Shown here: piece after piece, positions 18,249 through 29,288 of the stretch
Numbering within the stretch: position 1 is the first letter of the stretch
Layout of the letters: every line of letters starts with the position of its first letter
NCBI GenBank assembly: GCA_963715985.1
Contig: CAVQSP010000010.1
Span: 1-64,000 of the forward strand
Reading direction: 5' to 3'
Origin: an uncultured Thermoleophilia bacterium
GTDB taxonomy: Bacteria; Actinomycetota; Thermoleophilia; UBA2241
Length of the DNA stretch: 64,000 nt
The notes under the pieces: generated by a model
Database searches by the model: none
What the model was told of the DNA's origin: nothing
Seen by the model: only the letters and a program-made list of their open reading frames with translations
Program-made: the position numbers and the translations under genes

Positions 18249-20099
18249 ATGAGCCAGTCGCACGGGCTGCGCCGGCGGGGCCGATGGGCCGTGCTGGCGT
18301 GCGCCGCAATCCTCGCCGTCGGCCTCACGGCCGGACTCTCGTCGGCGCTGGCGTCCAGCAGCAGCCCGTCGCCTGAGGCCGGCAAGACCGTGCTGCGCCT
18401 GGGCTGGACCAGGGAGCCGGACAACCTGAACCCGTTCATCGGCTGGGGCACGCCGTTGTACGAGGTGTGGTGCCTCAACTACGACCTGCTCGTGGGCTTC
18501 GACCCCGAGACGATGACCAACGTCCCCGGCATCGGGCTGGCCACCGCTTGGGAGACGTCGCCGGACGGCAAGGTCTGGACGTTCACCATCACGGACAAGG
18601 CGAAGTGGCAGGACGGCACTCCGCTCACCGCCAGCGACGTGGCGTTCACGTACAACTACGTGCTCAAGAACAACCTCGGGATGTTCATCGACTACCTGCG
18701 CTTCATCGAGAAGGTCGAGGCGCCGGACGCGACGCACGTGGTCTTCACCTGCAGCAAGCCCAAGGCCAACATGCTCGGGCTCTGGCTGCCGATCCTGCCC
18801 GAGAAGGTGTGGAGCACGATCAGTGCCGCCGACGTCGAGAAGACGTTCAAGAACTCGCCCCCCATCATGGGCTCGGGCCCGTTCCAGTGCGTCGAGTGGG
18901 CGCGCGGCAAGTACGTGCGCATGGTCGCCAACAAGGACTACTGGAAGGGCGCCCCCAAGATCGACGAGATCATCTTCCAGATGTACCAGAACCCCGACAC
19001 CATGACCCAGGACCTCAAGACCGGCGCCATCGCCTCCGCCTGGGACATCCCCGATGCGCAGTTCCTGGCGCTCGGCAGCGACCCCAACATCACGGCCATC
19101 GACTGCGTCACGATCGGCCTCAACGAGCTGGGCATCAACTGCTACACGGGCGCCGCCTCCAAGGGCAACCCGGTGCTGCGCGACCCGGCCTTCCGCAGAG
19201 CGCTCAACTACGCGGTGGACAAGGAGAAGATCCTCGCCGTCGCCTACGGCGGTCACGGGCGCGTGGGCAGCGGCCTGATCCAGAGCGAGTACTACGTTCC
19301 GACCTCCGACTATCACTGGGAGCCCCCGGCCGACGTCAAGTACCCGTTCGACCTCGAGCGGGCCAAGAGCGAGCTCGAGGCGGCCGGCTACACCGACAGC
19401 GACGGCGACGGCATCCGCGACTACAAGGGCAAGCCCATCGAGCTGCGTCTGTGGGCGCGCACCGAGTCCATCTCCAGCCAGAACGCCGGCAAGTTCATCG
19501 CCGGCTGGTTCCGGCAGATCGGCCTGAAGATCGACTATACGGTGATGGACGAGAACGCCATCGCAGACGCGCAGTACGCCTTCACCGGCAAGAACGGCGA
19601 CGTGTACGCCCCCGACTTCGACATGTTCATCTGGGGGTGGGGCGGCGACGCCGACCCCAACTTCATCCTCTCGGTGATGACCACCAGCTCCATCGGGTCG
19701 TGGAGCGACTGCGCCTGGTCCAACAAGGAGTACGACAAGCTCTTCCTGCAGCAGCAGACGACCATCGACGTGCAGCAGCGCATCGCTATCGTGCACCGCA
19801 TGCAGGAGATCATCTACGACGAGACGCCGTACATCGTGCTGCAGTACCCCAACGAGCTCGAGGGCTACAACCGCACCGCCTGGACGGGCTGGCAGCGCTC
19901 GCTGGGCGGCAAGGGCAAGGTGTGGTTCGACGCCCTCCCCGGCCTGTACATGAACATCCAGAAGGCGGCGGCGGTGCCTGAGAAGAGCGGCTCCAACACC
20001 GCCGCCATCATCGCCGGCGTCGTGGCGGCCGTGGTGGTCGTCGCCGTGGTCGTCCTGGTGCTCATGCGCCGGGGCCGCCGCCGCGTGGAAGAGACCTGA
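18249..20099 (+). CDS. ABC solute-binding protein, family 5, with C-terminal TM anchor
   Basis: LGWTREPDNLNPF, KWQDGTPLTASDVAFT, GSGPF; C-terminal TM plus RRGRRR. Confidence 0.9.
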   Translation: MSQSHGLRRRGRWAVLACAAILAVGLTAGLSSALASSSSPSPEAGKTVLRLGWTREPDNLNPFIGWGTPLYEVWCLNYDLLVGFDPETMTNVPGIGLATAWETSPDGKVWTFTITDKAKWQDGTPLTASDVAFTYNYVLKNNLGMFIDYLRFIEKVEAPDATHVVFTCSKPKANMLGLWLPILPEKVWSTISAADVEKTFKNSPPIMGSGPFQCVEWARGKYVRMVANKDYWKGAPKIDEIIFQMYQNPDTMTQDLKTGAIASAWDIPDAQFLALGSDPNITAIDCVTIGLNELGINCYTGAASKGNPVLRDPAFRRALNYAVDKEKILAVAYGGHGRVGSGLIQSEYYVPTSDYHWEPPADVKYPFDLERAKSELEAAGYTDSDGDGIRDYKGKPIELRLWARTESISSQNAGKFIAGWFRQIGLKIDYTVMDENAIADAQYAFTGKNGDVYAPDFDMFIWGWGGDADPNFILSVMTTSSIGSWSDCAWSNKEYDKLFLQQQTTIDVQQRIAIVHRMQEIIYDETPYIVLQYPNELEGYNRTAWTGWQRSLGGKGKVWFDALPGLYMNIQKAAAVPEKSGSNTAAIIAGVVAAVVVVAVVVLVLMRRGRRRVEET

Positions 20100-20105
20100 C
20101 GCAGA

Positions 20106-20140
20106 AAGGGGGCGGGGCGCTCGTCGCGCCCCGCCCCCTT
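20106..20140. terminator. Terminator hairpin between convergent genes
   Basis: AAGGGGGCGGGGCG-N7-CGCCCCGCCCCCTT. Confidence 0.7.
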
Positions 20141-20178
20141 CAACGCTCCTTCGTGAGGCGCCGGCTCCGCCGGCGCCC

Positions 20179-21192
<1,014 letters not shown>

Positions 21193-21193
21193 G

Positions 21194-22411
21194 CTACCTC
21201 CTCTCCTTCTCTCTGGCCTTGTCGCGCGCCATGCGGGTCTCGAGCTTGGCCTGCCAGAAGCTGAAGAAGATCGTCAGCGCCCAGTACCAGGCGGCGGCGA
21301 CGAGCAGCGTGCTGAAGAAGCTGAAGGTCGCGGCGCCCGCCAGCTGGGAGCGGCGCAGGAGTTCTTCGACGGTGATGACGGACACCAGCGAGGTGTCCTT
21401 GATGAGGGCGATGAAGTCGTTGCCCACGGCCGGGATGACGATCTTGAAGGCCTGCGGCAGGATGATGCGCCGCTGCGTCTTCCAGCCGCTCAGGCCGATC
21501 GCCCAGGCGGCTTCGTTCTGGCCCTTGGGCACCGCCTGGATGCCGGCGCGGAACACCTCCGTGAGGTAGGCGCCGTAGTTGAGCGAGAGCGCCGCGACGC
21601 CCGACCAGAACGCCGGCGGGTTGAGCGTGTTCGGCAGGCCGAAGGCCTTGATGATCTCGGGGATCACCTGGTAGATGGCGATGATCTGCAGCAGCAGCGG
21701 CGTGCCTCGGAACAGCGAGGTGTAGAAGGTGGCGGCCCAGTACGGGATGCGGCCCAGGACCATGCGCCACATGTAGCCCCAGCTCTGGTAGCGGTCCCAC
21801 GCCTGCCTGAACGTCATCTTCTTCGAGAGCCGCCCGAGCGACCCGAAGAGGGCGAGGACACAGGCGAAGAAGATGGAGATGACCGTGAGCTCGACGGTGA
21901 CGATGCCGCCGCGGGCGATGAACCAGAACCAGTCCTTCATCACCTGGACGCTGATGAGGCTGCCGCTGCCGGCAGAGCCTGTCGAGCCAAAGGACCACTC
22001 GTGCGTCACGATGATGCCGGTGGTGGTGACGAGGTTCGCCTTGAACTTGTAGTCACCCTCGGGGTACCCCGTGTCCCACTTGTACTGCAGGGTGGACGCG
22101 CCCGCCGCGACCTGCTGGATAGCCGGAGGTCCGTTGAGCTCCTGCAACGTGTCGTTGATGTACAACGTGCACTTGGCCAAGTCGAGCTGAGCTCCGTTAG
22201 GCTCGAAATTGACCATGACCTGGTCGCCCGTCCAGCCTTTGAGCCCCCTGGGGTCGTCCGGGTTCGGGATCGTCCCCGTGACGACCGGTGTGCCGGCGGC
22301 CGGGGACGGCGAGGCCGAGGAGGCGAGGGCGAGAGGCGCGGCCGCGAACAGCGCCAGCGCGACGAGGATCGCGATCAGCGCCAGAGCAGGAAGCAGAGGG
22401 AGTCTGCGCAT
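21194..22411 (-). CDS. Polar amino acid ABC permease with an extra N-terminal extracytoplasmic domain
   Basis: [40 protein letters not shown]; signal-peptide-like N-terminus followed by a beta-rich segment. Confidence 0.88.
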   Translation of the reverse strand: MRRLPLLPALALIAILVALALFAAAPLALASSASPSPAAGTPVVTGTIPNPDDPRGLKGWTGDQVMVNFEPNGAQLDLAKCTLYINDTLQELNGPPAIQQVAAGASTLQYKWDTGYPEGDYKFKANLVTTTGIIVTHEWSFGSTGSAGSGSLISVQVMKDWFWFIARGGIVTVELTVISIFFACVLALFGSLGRLSKKMTFRQAWDRYQSWGYMWRMVLGRIPYWAATFYTSLFRGTPLLLQIIAIYQVIPEIIKAFGLPNTLNPPAFWSGVAALSLNYGAYLTEVFRAGIQAVPKGQNEAAWAIGLSGWKTQRRIILPQAFKIVIPAVGNDFIALIKDTSLVSVITVEELLRRSQLAGAATFSFFSTLLVAAAWYWALTIFFSFWQAKLETRMARDKAREKERR

Positions 22412-22516
22412 CTGCTCAACCTCTCCTTTCATAGGACGCGGCGGGGGACCCTGACGGGGCCCCCGCCGCGGAGGTGCGTGCTGCGCCGCGCGTTCCGCGC
22501 AACGCGCCATCGGCTA

Positions 22517-23422
22517 CTACTCCTTGACCGTCAGGTCGAGGCCGTTGTACCACTTCTTGCTCAGCTCGGTGAGCGTACCGTCGGTGTGCATCTGCTCGAC
22601 GGCGTAGTTGAGCATCGCGACCCAGTCGCCCTCGCCCTTGTTCATGGCGAACGCCAGGTCCTCGTAGTAGAGCGGTGCGCCCGAGAAGTCGAACGGCTGA
22701 CCCTCCAGGATGGCCTGCTGCCCGGTAGGGCCGGCGGTCATCACGAACTCGATGTTGCCGTTGCGCAGATCCGGGAACGTGTCGGCGTCCGTCGGGTACG
22801 TCTTGACGACGGCCTTGGTGTTCTTCTTGAGGTACTCGTAGTACGTGGTGGCCGCGCCCACGCCGACCTTCTTGCCGTCCAGGTCGCCGGCGCCGGTGAT
22901 CTGCATGCCGCCCTTCTTCACGAACACCTGACCCGAGGTGTAGTAGTAGGGCACGGTGAAGTCGACGACCTTCAGGCGCTCGGGAGTGATCGTCATGGAG
23001 CCGATGGAGACGTCCCACTTGCCGGTCTGCAGGCCGGGGATGACGGTCTCCCACTGGACGGTCTTGAAGTCCACCGTGAGGCCAAGGACTTCGGCCATGC
23101 CCTTCGCCACGTCGATGTCGAAGCCCACGAGGTCGCCGGTCGCCTGATCCACCGAGCTCTGCGGCGCGTAGTTCGCGTCGGTGGAGACGAGTACGGTGCC
23201 GCGGTCGACGATGGTCTTGGCGAGCCCGACCGGCTCGCGGCCGAGGATGGCCGCAGCGCGCTCGGCGGCGGTGCCTTCAAGCCCCGCGCTCGACGCCGAG
23301 GCGCTCGGGCTGGCACTCGACTCGCCCTCGCTGCTGCTTCCGCAGCCGGCGGCGAACGCCACCATCGCCACCGCGGCGAGAAGCAGCAGAGCCACCAAAA
23401 TGTAGGTCTTGCGATTCCTCAT
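22517..23422 (-). CDS. Polar amino acid ABC solute-binding lipoprotein (family 3)
   Basis: Lipobox AAGC, GFDIDVA, GKWDV..GSMTITPER; tandem TAG TAG stop. Confidence 0.9.
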   Translation of the reverse strand: MRNRKTYILVALLLLAAVAMVAFAAGCGSSSEGESSASPSASASSAGLEGTAAERAAAILGREPVGLAKTIVDRGTVLVSTDANYAPQSSVDQATGDLVGFDIDVAKGMAEVLGLTVDFKTVQWETVIPGLQTGKWDVSIGSMTITPERLKVVDFTVPYYYTSGQVFVKKGGMQITGAGDLDGKKVGVGAATTYYEYLKKNTKAVVKTYPTDADTFPDLRNGNIEFVMTAGPTGQQAILEGQPFDFSGAPLYYEDLAFAMNKGEGDWVAMLNYAVEQMHTDGTLTELSKKWYNGLDLTVKE

Positions 23423-23749
23423 GCCTCCGTCCTTTCCGGCTGAGTTGATCCCGAAGTGTCACACCGCCCCTCACACAGGGATCTGGTGCACGCGGCCCCC
23501 ACCGCTGATCGAGACGTATTGCGCCGCCTGTCCCCCCAAGCGACCGCTGATTCCGTTTTATACAGGAACGAGGCCAAAAGACAAGCGTCTGGACGGCATG
23601 CCGGGGGGCCTCGGCGAGGCTGGACGAGAAGCCGGGGCGAGGCTGGGGAAGGGGTCCGTACCCTACTGCGCGAGAGCCCGCGGGGACAGCGTCGTGTGGC
23701 GCCTCGCGCAGGTGCGGCGGGGCCGCCGCGTGCCGGCGGCCGGCGCGCC

Positions 23750-25147
23750 TCAGGCGATGCCGACCAGCCGCCGCAGTTCGGCGTCCAACGCCGCGTCCAG
23801 CGCCGGCGGCCGGTGCTCGGCGACGATGCGCGCCACGCGCTCGTGGGCGCGGTCGACGGCGGTCTCGCGGCCGCCACCCGCCCAGTAGCGGTGCGGCTGG
23901 TCGACGGTGAGGGGCGCGACGCCGGGCGGCGAGGCCGGGGCGGCCGCGGACGGGCGATCCCGGGAGCCACCATCCAGGCCGGAGAGGTCGATGCCGGCGG
24001 CGATCTCACGGGCCTGCGTCATCGTGTCGGCGGCGAGCGCCATCTCCTCGTAGCTGAAGATGCGCCCGCCCGATACCATGCCGACGCCGGTCAGCATGTC
24101 CACGCCGGCGGCCAGGGAGAGGAAGGTGGTGGTCGTGTCGTCGAGCGCCGACTGCCAGCCGGGCTCTTTGGCACCCGAGGAGTTGATGCCGCACTGCGTG
24201 GGCAGGCCGTAGAACTGGCCCACGTCGCCGACGGCGGCGCCCATGATGGTGTCCTCCGGGGCGCCCCCCGTGAAGTCCCCGGTCTTGAGGTCCATCACGC
24301 TCGGGATGAAGCAGATGAACACGGGGGCGCCCGGGAAGGCGGCCTGCACGACGCACACGGCGCTCAGCGCCTCGGCGATACCCACCACCAGCGAGCCGGC
24401 CATGGTGATCGGCGTGGTGGAGCCGCCCATGGGCATGGTCACGAACCCTATCGGGACGCCGGCCTCGGCAAAGACCAGGCCGGCCTCGAGCGTGCCGGCG
24501 TCGTTGCCCAGCGGTGTGACCGTGCCCAGCAGCGCGCTGACCGGCGGAGCGGCGCGCAGCGCCTCGGCGGAGCCCGCCACCGCGCGCGCCATCTGCACCG
24601 CGATCTCCGCGAGCTCAGGTTCCACCACGGTCACGGTCTGTACGTGCTTGCCCGTGTTGGCGAGAGCCAGATACAGCTCGTGCAGGCCGCGGACCTCGGC
24701 CGGCCGGTCCTGGGCGCTCACGGCCGGCCAGCAGAAGTCGAGCTCGGGCATGGCGTCCACGACACGCGAGATCGTCGCCACGTCGGCGGCAGTCGTGCCG
24801 CGCTTCTCGCCACTCTCGATGTCGTAGATCTCCACGCAACAGCCGTCCGTGGTGAGCAGCGAGCGCTCGCCGGTGACGAGCGGTGTCCCGGCCCTTGCGC
24901 CGAGCGTCAGGCGGGATGGGGCGAGCGCCACGAGGCGGCGGACCAGGTCGGGAGAGAAGCGGACGCGCGCATCGTCCACGTCGGCGCCTTGCTCGGCCAG
25001 CGCCTGCCTGGCGCGTGCCGAGGGGATTGAGACGCCCACCTCGGCGAGCACGGCGAGCGCAGCCGCGTCGAGCTGCTCCAGCTCGCTCCGGGAGAGGATC
25101 TCGAGCCTGCCGGCGGAGCCGACGCTGTGCGTGTGGGAGGCGTGCAT
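23750..25147 (-). CDS. MttB-family methyltransferase, non-Pyl (Ser at the Pyl position)
   Basis: NTGKHVQ, GGSTTPITMAGSLV, MDLKTG, YGLPTQCGIN-S-SGAKEPGWQ. Confidence 0.88.
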   Translation of the reverse strand: MHASHTHSVGSAGRLEILSRSELEQLDAAALAVLAEVGVSIPSARARQALAEQGADVDDARVRFSPDLVRRLVALAPSRLTLGARAGTPLVTGERSLLTTDGCCVEIYDIESGEKRGTTAADVATISRVVDAMPELDFCWPAVSAQDRPAEVRGLHELYLALANTGKHVQTVTVVEPELAEIAVQMARAVAGSAEALRAAPPVSALLGTVTPLGNDAGTLEAGLVFAEAGVPIGFVTMPMGGSTTPITMAGSLVVGIAEALSAVCVVQAAFPGAPVFICFIPSVMDLKTGDFTGGAPEDTIMGAAVGDVGQFYGLPTQCGINSSGAKEPGWQSALDDTTTTFLSLAAGVDMLTGVGMVSGGRIFSYEEMALAADTMTQAREIAAGIDLSGLDGGSRDRPSAAAPASPPGVAPLTVDQPHRYWAGGGRETAVDRAHERVARIVAEHRPPALDAALDAELRRLVGIA

Positions 25148-25257
25148 GTGTGTGACTCCGATCGTCCCAGGGACGCGCCGGCGCCGGCGCGTCCGCCCGG
25201 AAGCCGCGCCAGTCTAGCACGTTTGTGGGGCCCTCCGGCCCCGGGTACCATGGCTGT

Positions 25258-26013
25258 ATGGACGGCGTCGACGACAGCCCCTCGCCCGCAACCGCGCGCG
25301 CGCCGCTGGGCGGGCGCAGTCGCTGGGTGCGCCGGCTCGGCGACATCCTGCTCATCGCCGGCGGTCTCGTGCTGGCCTACCCCTTCTGGTCGGCCGGATA
25401 CGCCCAGGTGCAACAGAGCCGCCTGGACGCCACCTACCGCGACCAGAGCGCGGCGTTCGCCACGGTGGCCTCCGCCAACGAGGACACGCGGCTGCACAAC
25501 GTGCCCAAGACCGAGATCGTCCGCCGGCTGGGCGTGCTTTTTGGAGAGAACCTGCACGCGGGCGACCCCATAGGGCGCCTCCGCATCCCCAGGATCGGCC
25601 TGGACAGGCTCGTGCAGCAGGGCTCGCGCAGCGGCGGCGGCCTCGACCCCTCGAGCGACCGCGCCCTGCTGCGCAGCGGCCCTGTGCACTACGCCATCAC
25701 CCCGCTGCCCGGCACCGGCGACCCGTTCGCGGTCGCGGGCCACCGCACCACGTACGGGGCGCCCTTCAACAAGCTGGACAGGCTCAAGAAGGGCGACGCC
25801 ATCTACCTGGACACGCCGTATGCCCGCTTCCGGTACTCGGTCGCCCGCACCTCGGTGGTGCTGCCCAACGATGTCGGGGTGCTCTACGACCGCGGCTACG
25901 GGCTCGTCCTGACGACGTGCACGCCGCTCTACAGCGCCAGCCACCGCCTCATCGTGTGGGCGGTCCTGGAGCGGGAGACGCCGCTCAAGAAGGCGGCCGG
26001 CGCCACCCGCTGA
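25258..26013 (+). CDS. Class E sortase
   Basis: N-terminal TM, RLRIPRIGL, AGHRTTYGAPF, LTTCTP...HRLIV (His/Cys/Arg triad). Confidence 0.88.
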   Translation: MDGVDDSPSPATARAPLGGRSRWVRRLGDILLIAGGLVLAYPFWSAGYAQVQQSRLDATYRDQSAAFATVASANEDTRLHNVPKTEIVRRLGVLFGENLHAGDPIGRLRIPRIGLDRLVQQGSRSGGGLDPSSDRALLRSGPVHYAITPLPGTGDPFAVAGHRTTYGAPFNKLDRLKKGDAIYLDTPYARFRYSVARTSVVLPNDVGVLYDRGYGLVLTTCTPLYSASHRLIVWAVLERETPLKKAAGATR

Positions 26014-26088
26014 CGGAGGCCGCAAGCCGGCTCGGTCGGCGCCGGGGTCGCCGTCCTCGCGACCAGCGAGCGGGCCTTTGCCCCAGAT

Positions 26089-27339
26089 TCAGGCGGGGTC
26101 GGCGCCGGGGAACGGCGGGCGCTCCCCCGACGTGCCGTCGAGCATCATCACAAGGAATTCCTCACCGGCGTCGGCGCCGGCAAAGCCCGGCGGCACGAAG
26201 GCGAGGCTGTCGGCGAGCGCCATCGAGCGCAGGATGGCCGACCCCTGCGGCCCGGTGGTCGTGAAGCCCCAGCCGCGGTCGCGGTGCACGAGCCGGCAGC
26301 GGCGCGCCTCGGTACGCGCGCGCGTCCCTTTGACCGGCTCCTCGGCGGCCGCGAAGACGTACGGCCTGAAGAGGTCGCGCCTGCCCTGCATCGCGAGCAG
26401 CGCAGGCCGGATGTACATCTCGAAGCTCACCATGGCGGCCACGGGGTTGCCGGGCACGCCGAACACCAGGGTGTCGCCGCGCACGCCGAAGGCGAGCGGC
26501 TTGCCGGGCTTGGTGGCCACGCCCCAGAAGCGCCGCTCCACGCCGAGCTCAGCCTGGACCTGCTTGACGAAGTCGTACTCGCCCACCGACACGCCGCCGG
26601 AGGTGATGACGACATCGTTCTGCAGGGCGGCGCTGATGAGGCGCCGCGTCTCGTCGAGGTCGTCGCGGGCGATGCCCAGCAGGATCGGGTCGCCGCCGGC
26701 CATGAGCGCCTGGCTGCCGGCCGTGAACGAGTTGGAGTTGCGGATCTGGCCGGGGCCCAGCGGCTTGCCGAGCGGGACGAGCTCGCTGCCGGTGGCCAGG
26801 ATCGCCACGCGCGGGCGACAGGCCACGGAGAGGCGGCGCACGCCGATGGAGGCGAGCAACCCGATCTCCGCGGGGCCGAGCCGCGTGCCGCGCGGGATGA
26901 CGGTGTCGCCGGCGGCGACGTCCTCGGCGGCGCATCTCACGTTGGCGCCGGCCGCAGGCGCCTCGCGCACCGTCAGCACGTCGCCGTCCTGCTCCGTGTG
27001 CTCGACCTGCACCACGGTGTCCACCCCGGGCGGAAGCGGCGCTCCCGTCATGATCTTGGCCGCCTCGCGGGGACCGATGGCTTCGCGCACCCACGTCCCG
27101 GCAGGCACATCCACGACCACGCGGAACTCGCGGCGGCCCGCCTCGAGCTCGGCTCCGGCCACCGCGTACCCGTCCATGGCCGAGTTGTCGAACGAGGGCA
27201 CGGCCTCGGGGGAGACGATGTCGGCCGCAGCCGCCCTCCCCAGCGCGTCCAGCAGGTCGACCTCCTGGGCCGGCAGCGGGCGCACTGCCGCGAGGACGGC
27301 GTCGATGGCTTCATGAATACCTATCACGGGCTTCTCCAA
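26089..27339 (-). CDS. moeA: Molybdopterin molybdotransferase MoeA
   Basis: FDNSAMDGYAV, IMTGAPLP, ITSGGVSVGEYD, KPGKP, PGNPVAA. Confidence 0.93.
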   Translation of the reverse strand: MEKPVIGIHEAIDAVLAAVRPLPAQEVDLLDALGRAAAADIVSPEAVPSFDNSAMDGYAVAGAELEAGRREFRVVVDVPAGTWVREAIGPREAAKIMTGAPLPPGVDTVVQVEHTEQDGDVLTVREAPAAGANVRCAAEDVAAGDTVIPRGTRLGPAEIGLLASIGVRRLSVACRPRVAILATGSELVPLGKPLGPGQIRNSNSFTAGSQALMAGGDPILLGIARDDLDETRRLISAALQNDVVITSGGVSVGEYDFVKQVQAELGVERRFWGVATKPGKPLAFGVRGDTLVFGVPGNPVAAMVSFEMYIRPALLAMQGRRDLFRPYVFAAAEEPVKGTRARTEARRCRLVHRDRGWGFTTTGPQGSAILRSMALADSLAFVPPGFAGADAGEEFLVMMLDGTSGERPPFPGADPA

Positions 27340-27384
27340 TACCGCTGGACCGGGTGTGCAGTCTCTTCTGTTTACGCATCTTAG

Positions 27385-27411
27385 TAAACCTCGCGGCCGA
27401 GCGGCCGATTC
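27385..27411 (+). promoter_or_regulatory. Sigma28 (FliA/WhiG)-type promoter
   Basis: TAAA-N15-GCCGATTC versus consensus TAAA-N15-GCCGATAA. Confidence 0.65.
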
Positions 27412-27428
27412 TAGCGGTGGAGGGCGAG

Positions 27429-27632
27429 ATGACCGAGGAGACGAACGTGAATCCTGGAGACCGACCGAGCCGCGCCGACCTCGACCTGACGGGCTCCCGC
27501 AAGCGCCGCGTGTGCGCTCTTCGCGACCTCGTGATCAGGCGCGCCTACGACGTCGCCGGGGCGGACGTGGCGGACAGCATCATCCGCGACGCTATCGTCG
27601 TCGCGGCGCCCTCGCGCGAGCCGCGACACTGA
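27429..27632 (+). CDS. Small FlgM-like anti-sigma28 protein
   Basis: GGAGG RBS; RKRRVCALRDLVIRRAYDVAGADVADSII resembles the FlgM C-terminal motif; sigma28 promoter upstream. Confidence 0.55.
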   Translation: MTEETNVNPGDRPSRADLDLTGSRKRRVCALRDLVIRRAYDVAGADVADSIIRDAIVVAAPSREPRH

Positions 27633-27978
27633 AGACGGCAAGGCCGGCGACCACGCCGGCCGCGTCGACGAGCCCGTCGGCGAGCTGGAAGTCGCGGTAG
27701 GGCAGCGGCGCCTGCAGCACCTCTATCATCCACCCCAGAGCCACCGCCGGCACGGCCGACCACACCACGGCGCGAAGGCTGAGCCGCCACCCGTCGACGG
27801 CCACGGCCAGGACGAACGCCAGGATCGCGTACTCCACGAAGTGCCCCAGCGAGGCCACGAGGTTCTCGGAGTCGCCGGCCGTCGCGGCCAGCACCGGGTG
27901 CGTCGGCAGGACGCCCGCGACCACGATGACGAGCGCCCACAGGGCGGCCGCCAGGATCCAGCCGCGCGATCCCCGCAT
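27592..27978 (-). CDS. VanZ-like membrane protein
   Basis: GHFVEYAILAF...EVLQAPLPYRDFQLADGLVDAAG. Confidence 0.75.
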   Translation of the reverse strand: MRGSRGWILAAALWALVIVVAGVLPTHPVLAATAGDSENLVASLGHFVEYAILAFVLAVAVDGWRLSLRAVVWSAVPAVALGWMIEVLQAPLPYRDFQLADGLVDAAGVVAGLAVFSVAARARAPRRR

Positions 27979-28671
27979 CACGCAGCCGGCGTCACGGCGC
28001 GGCACTCGCCGGCGAACGTCTCCTCACCGCCGGCGACGAGCAGCGCGACGCGCCCCACGCTGCACCTCGACACGCGCGGCGCCGTCCGCGCCGACCGCGT
28101 TGCCGAGCCCCAGGCAGGCGTCGGCCGGCAGCGTGCCGGCCGCGAGCGGGTAGTCCAGACCCTCCAGCGTCACCGTGGCGTCGCCGCCGAGCGGCGCGAC
28201 GGAGACGCGCGTGCCCGCCGCCGCGTCGAGAGAGACCTCAGCCGGCGCGACCAGCACGCGGACCGTGAGCTGAGGCGCCACGAGGCGGGCCGGCACGCCG
28301 GCCTTCGCCAGGCGCCGCAGGATGGCGAGGTGGCCGAGCGTGTGATCGAGGGCACCGAGACCGCCGGCGAGCACGAGCTCGCCGGCGCCGCGGCGCCGCG
28401 CCTCGTCCACGGCCAGCTCCCCGTCGGTGAGGTCCTTGCGCACGGGGTGCCGCACGAGCTCGACTCCCGCCGCCGCGAGGCGCTCCGCCCGCGCGGCGTC
28501 CAGCGAGTCGAAGTCGCCCACCACGAGGTCCGGGGTGACGCCCTGCTCCATCAGGAACCGGGCACCGCCGTCGGCCGCGACCACGAGGTCGGCCGCGGCC
28601 GCCCAACCCCGGTAGTAGGCGGGCTCCTCGTACTCGCCGTCGAGGAAGACGGCGGCGCAGAGACCGCTCAC
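27978..28671 (-). CDS. thiN: Thiamine pyrophosphokinase (C-terminal indel likely)
   Basis: VAADGGA, PDLVVGDFDS, KDLTDGELA, DHTLGH, GLGN; directly downstream of thiT. Confidence 0.88.
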
Positions 28672-29279
28672 GGTCCCGCTCGCCGGCCGCGGCCCGGGAA
28701 CGCCGCGTCGTAGGCCTTCAGGGCCGGCCACAGCAGCAGCGTGGTGAGCACGCCCTCAGGCAGCAGGTACAGCAGGTTGTACGAGGCGGCGTACAGCCAC
28801 GGCGCCTCCCACTGGGGGGCGTACGAGGCGAAGAAGATCAGCCCCGACAGGAAGTGGAAGACGAAGCGCGCGCTCAGCGCGAGCAGGACGGCGAGCCCCA
28901 GTGAACGCCAGCCGCGCACGTCCACGAACCCGGCCACCGCCAGCGACATGAACGCCAGCGGGTAGTCCAGTGCCGCCTGCGCGGGGTGGTACACGAACGC
29001 GCCCGGCAGCCCGAGCTGCAGCAGCCCGTACAGCAGGCCCGTGGTGGCCGCGGGTACGACTCCCCGGCGCACGGCGATGAAGATGATGGGCAGAAGCTCC
29101 AGGCTCACCGACCCTCCCTGCGGCATCACGAACAGGCGCACCTGACCGAGGACCGCGGCGAGTGCGATGGCCACTCCGATCTCCGCGAGCGCTTGCACCC
29201 CCCAGCGAGCCGGGTTGGGGTTGAGGCGTTCACGCAGGTCGAGGGCGGGTGAGGGGGACGAGGCGAGTGGCGTGCTCAT
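28668..29279 (-). CDS. thiT: ECF thiamine S-component ThiT
   Basis: MPQGGSVSL, YHPAQAALDYPLAF, RFVFHFLSGLIFF, YN motif; under a TPP riboswitch. Confidence 0.92.
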   Translation of the reverse strand: MSTPLASSPSPALDLRERLNPNPARWGVQALAEIGVAIALAAVLGQVRLFVMPQGGSVSLELLPIIFIAVRRGVVPAATTGLLYGLLQLGLPGAFVYHPAQAALDYPLAFMSLAVAGFVDVRGWRSLGLAVLLALSARFVFHFLSGLIFFASYAPQWEAPWLYAASYNLLYLLPEGVLTTLLLWPALKAYDAAFPGRGRRAGP

Positions 29280-29288
29280 GGTCGGTCT

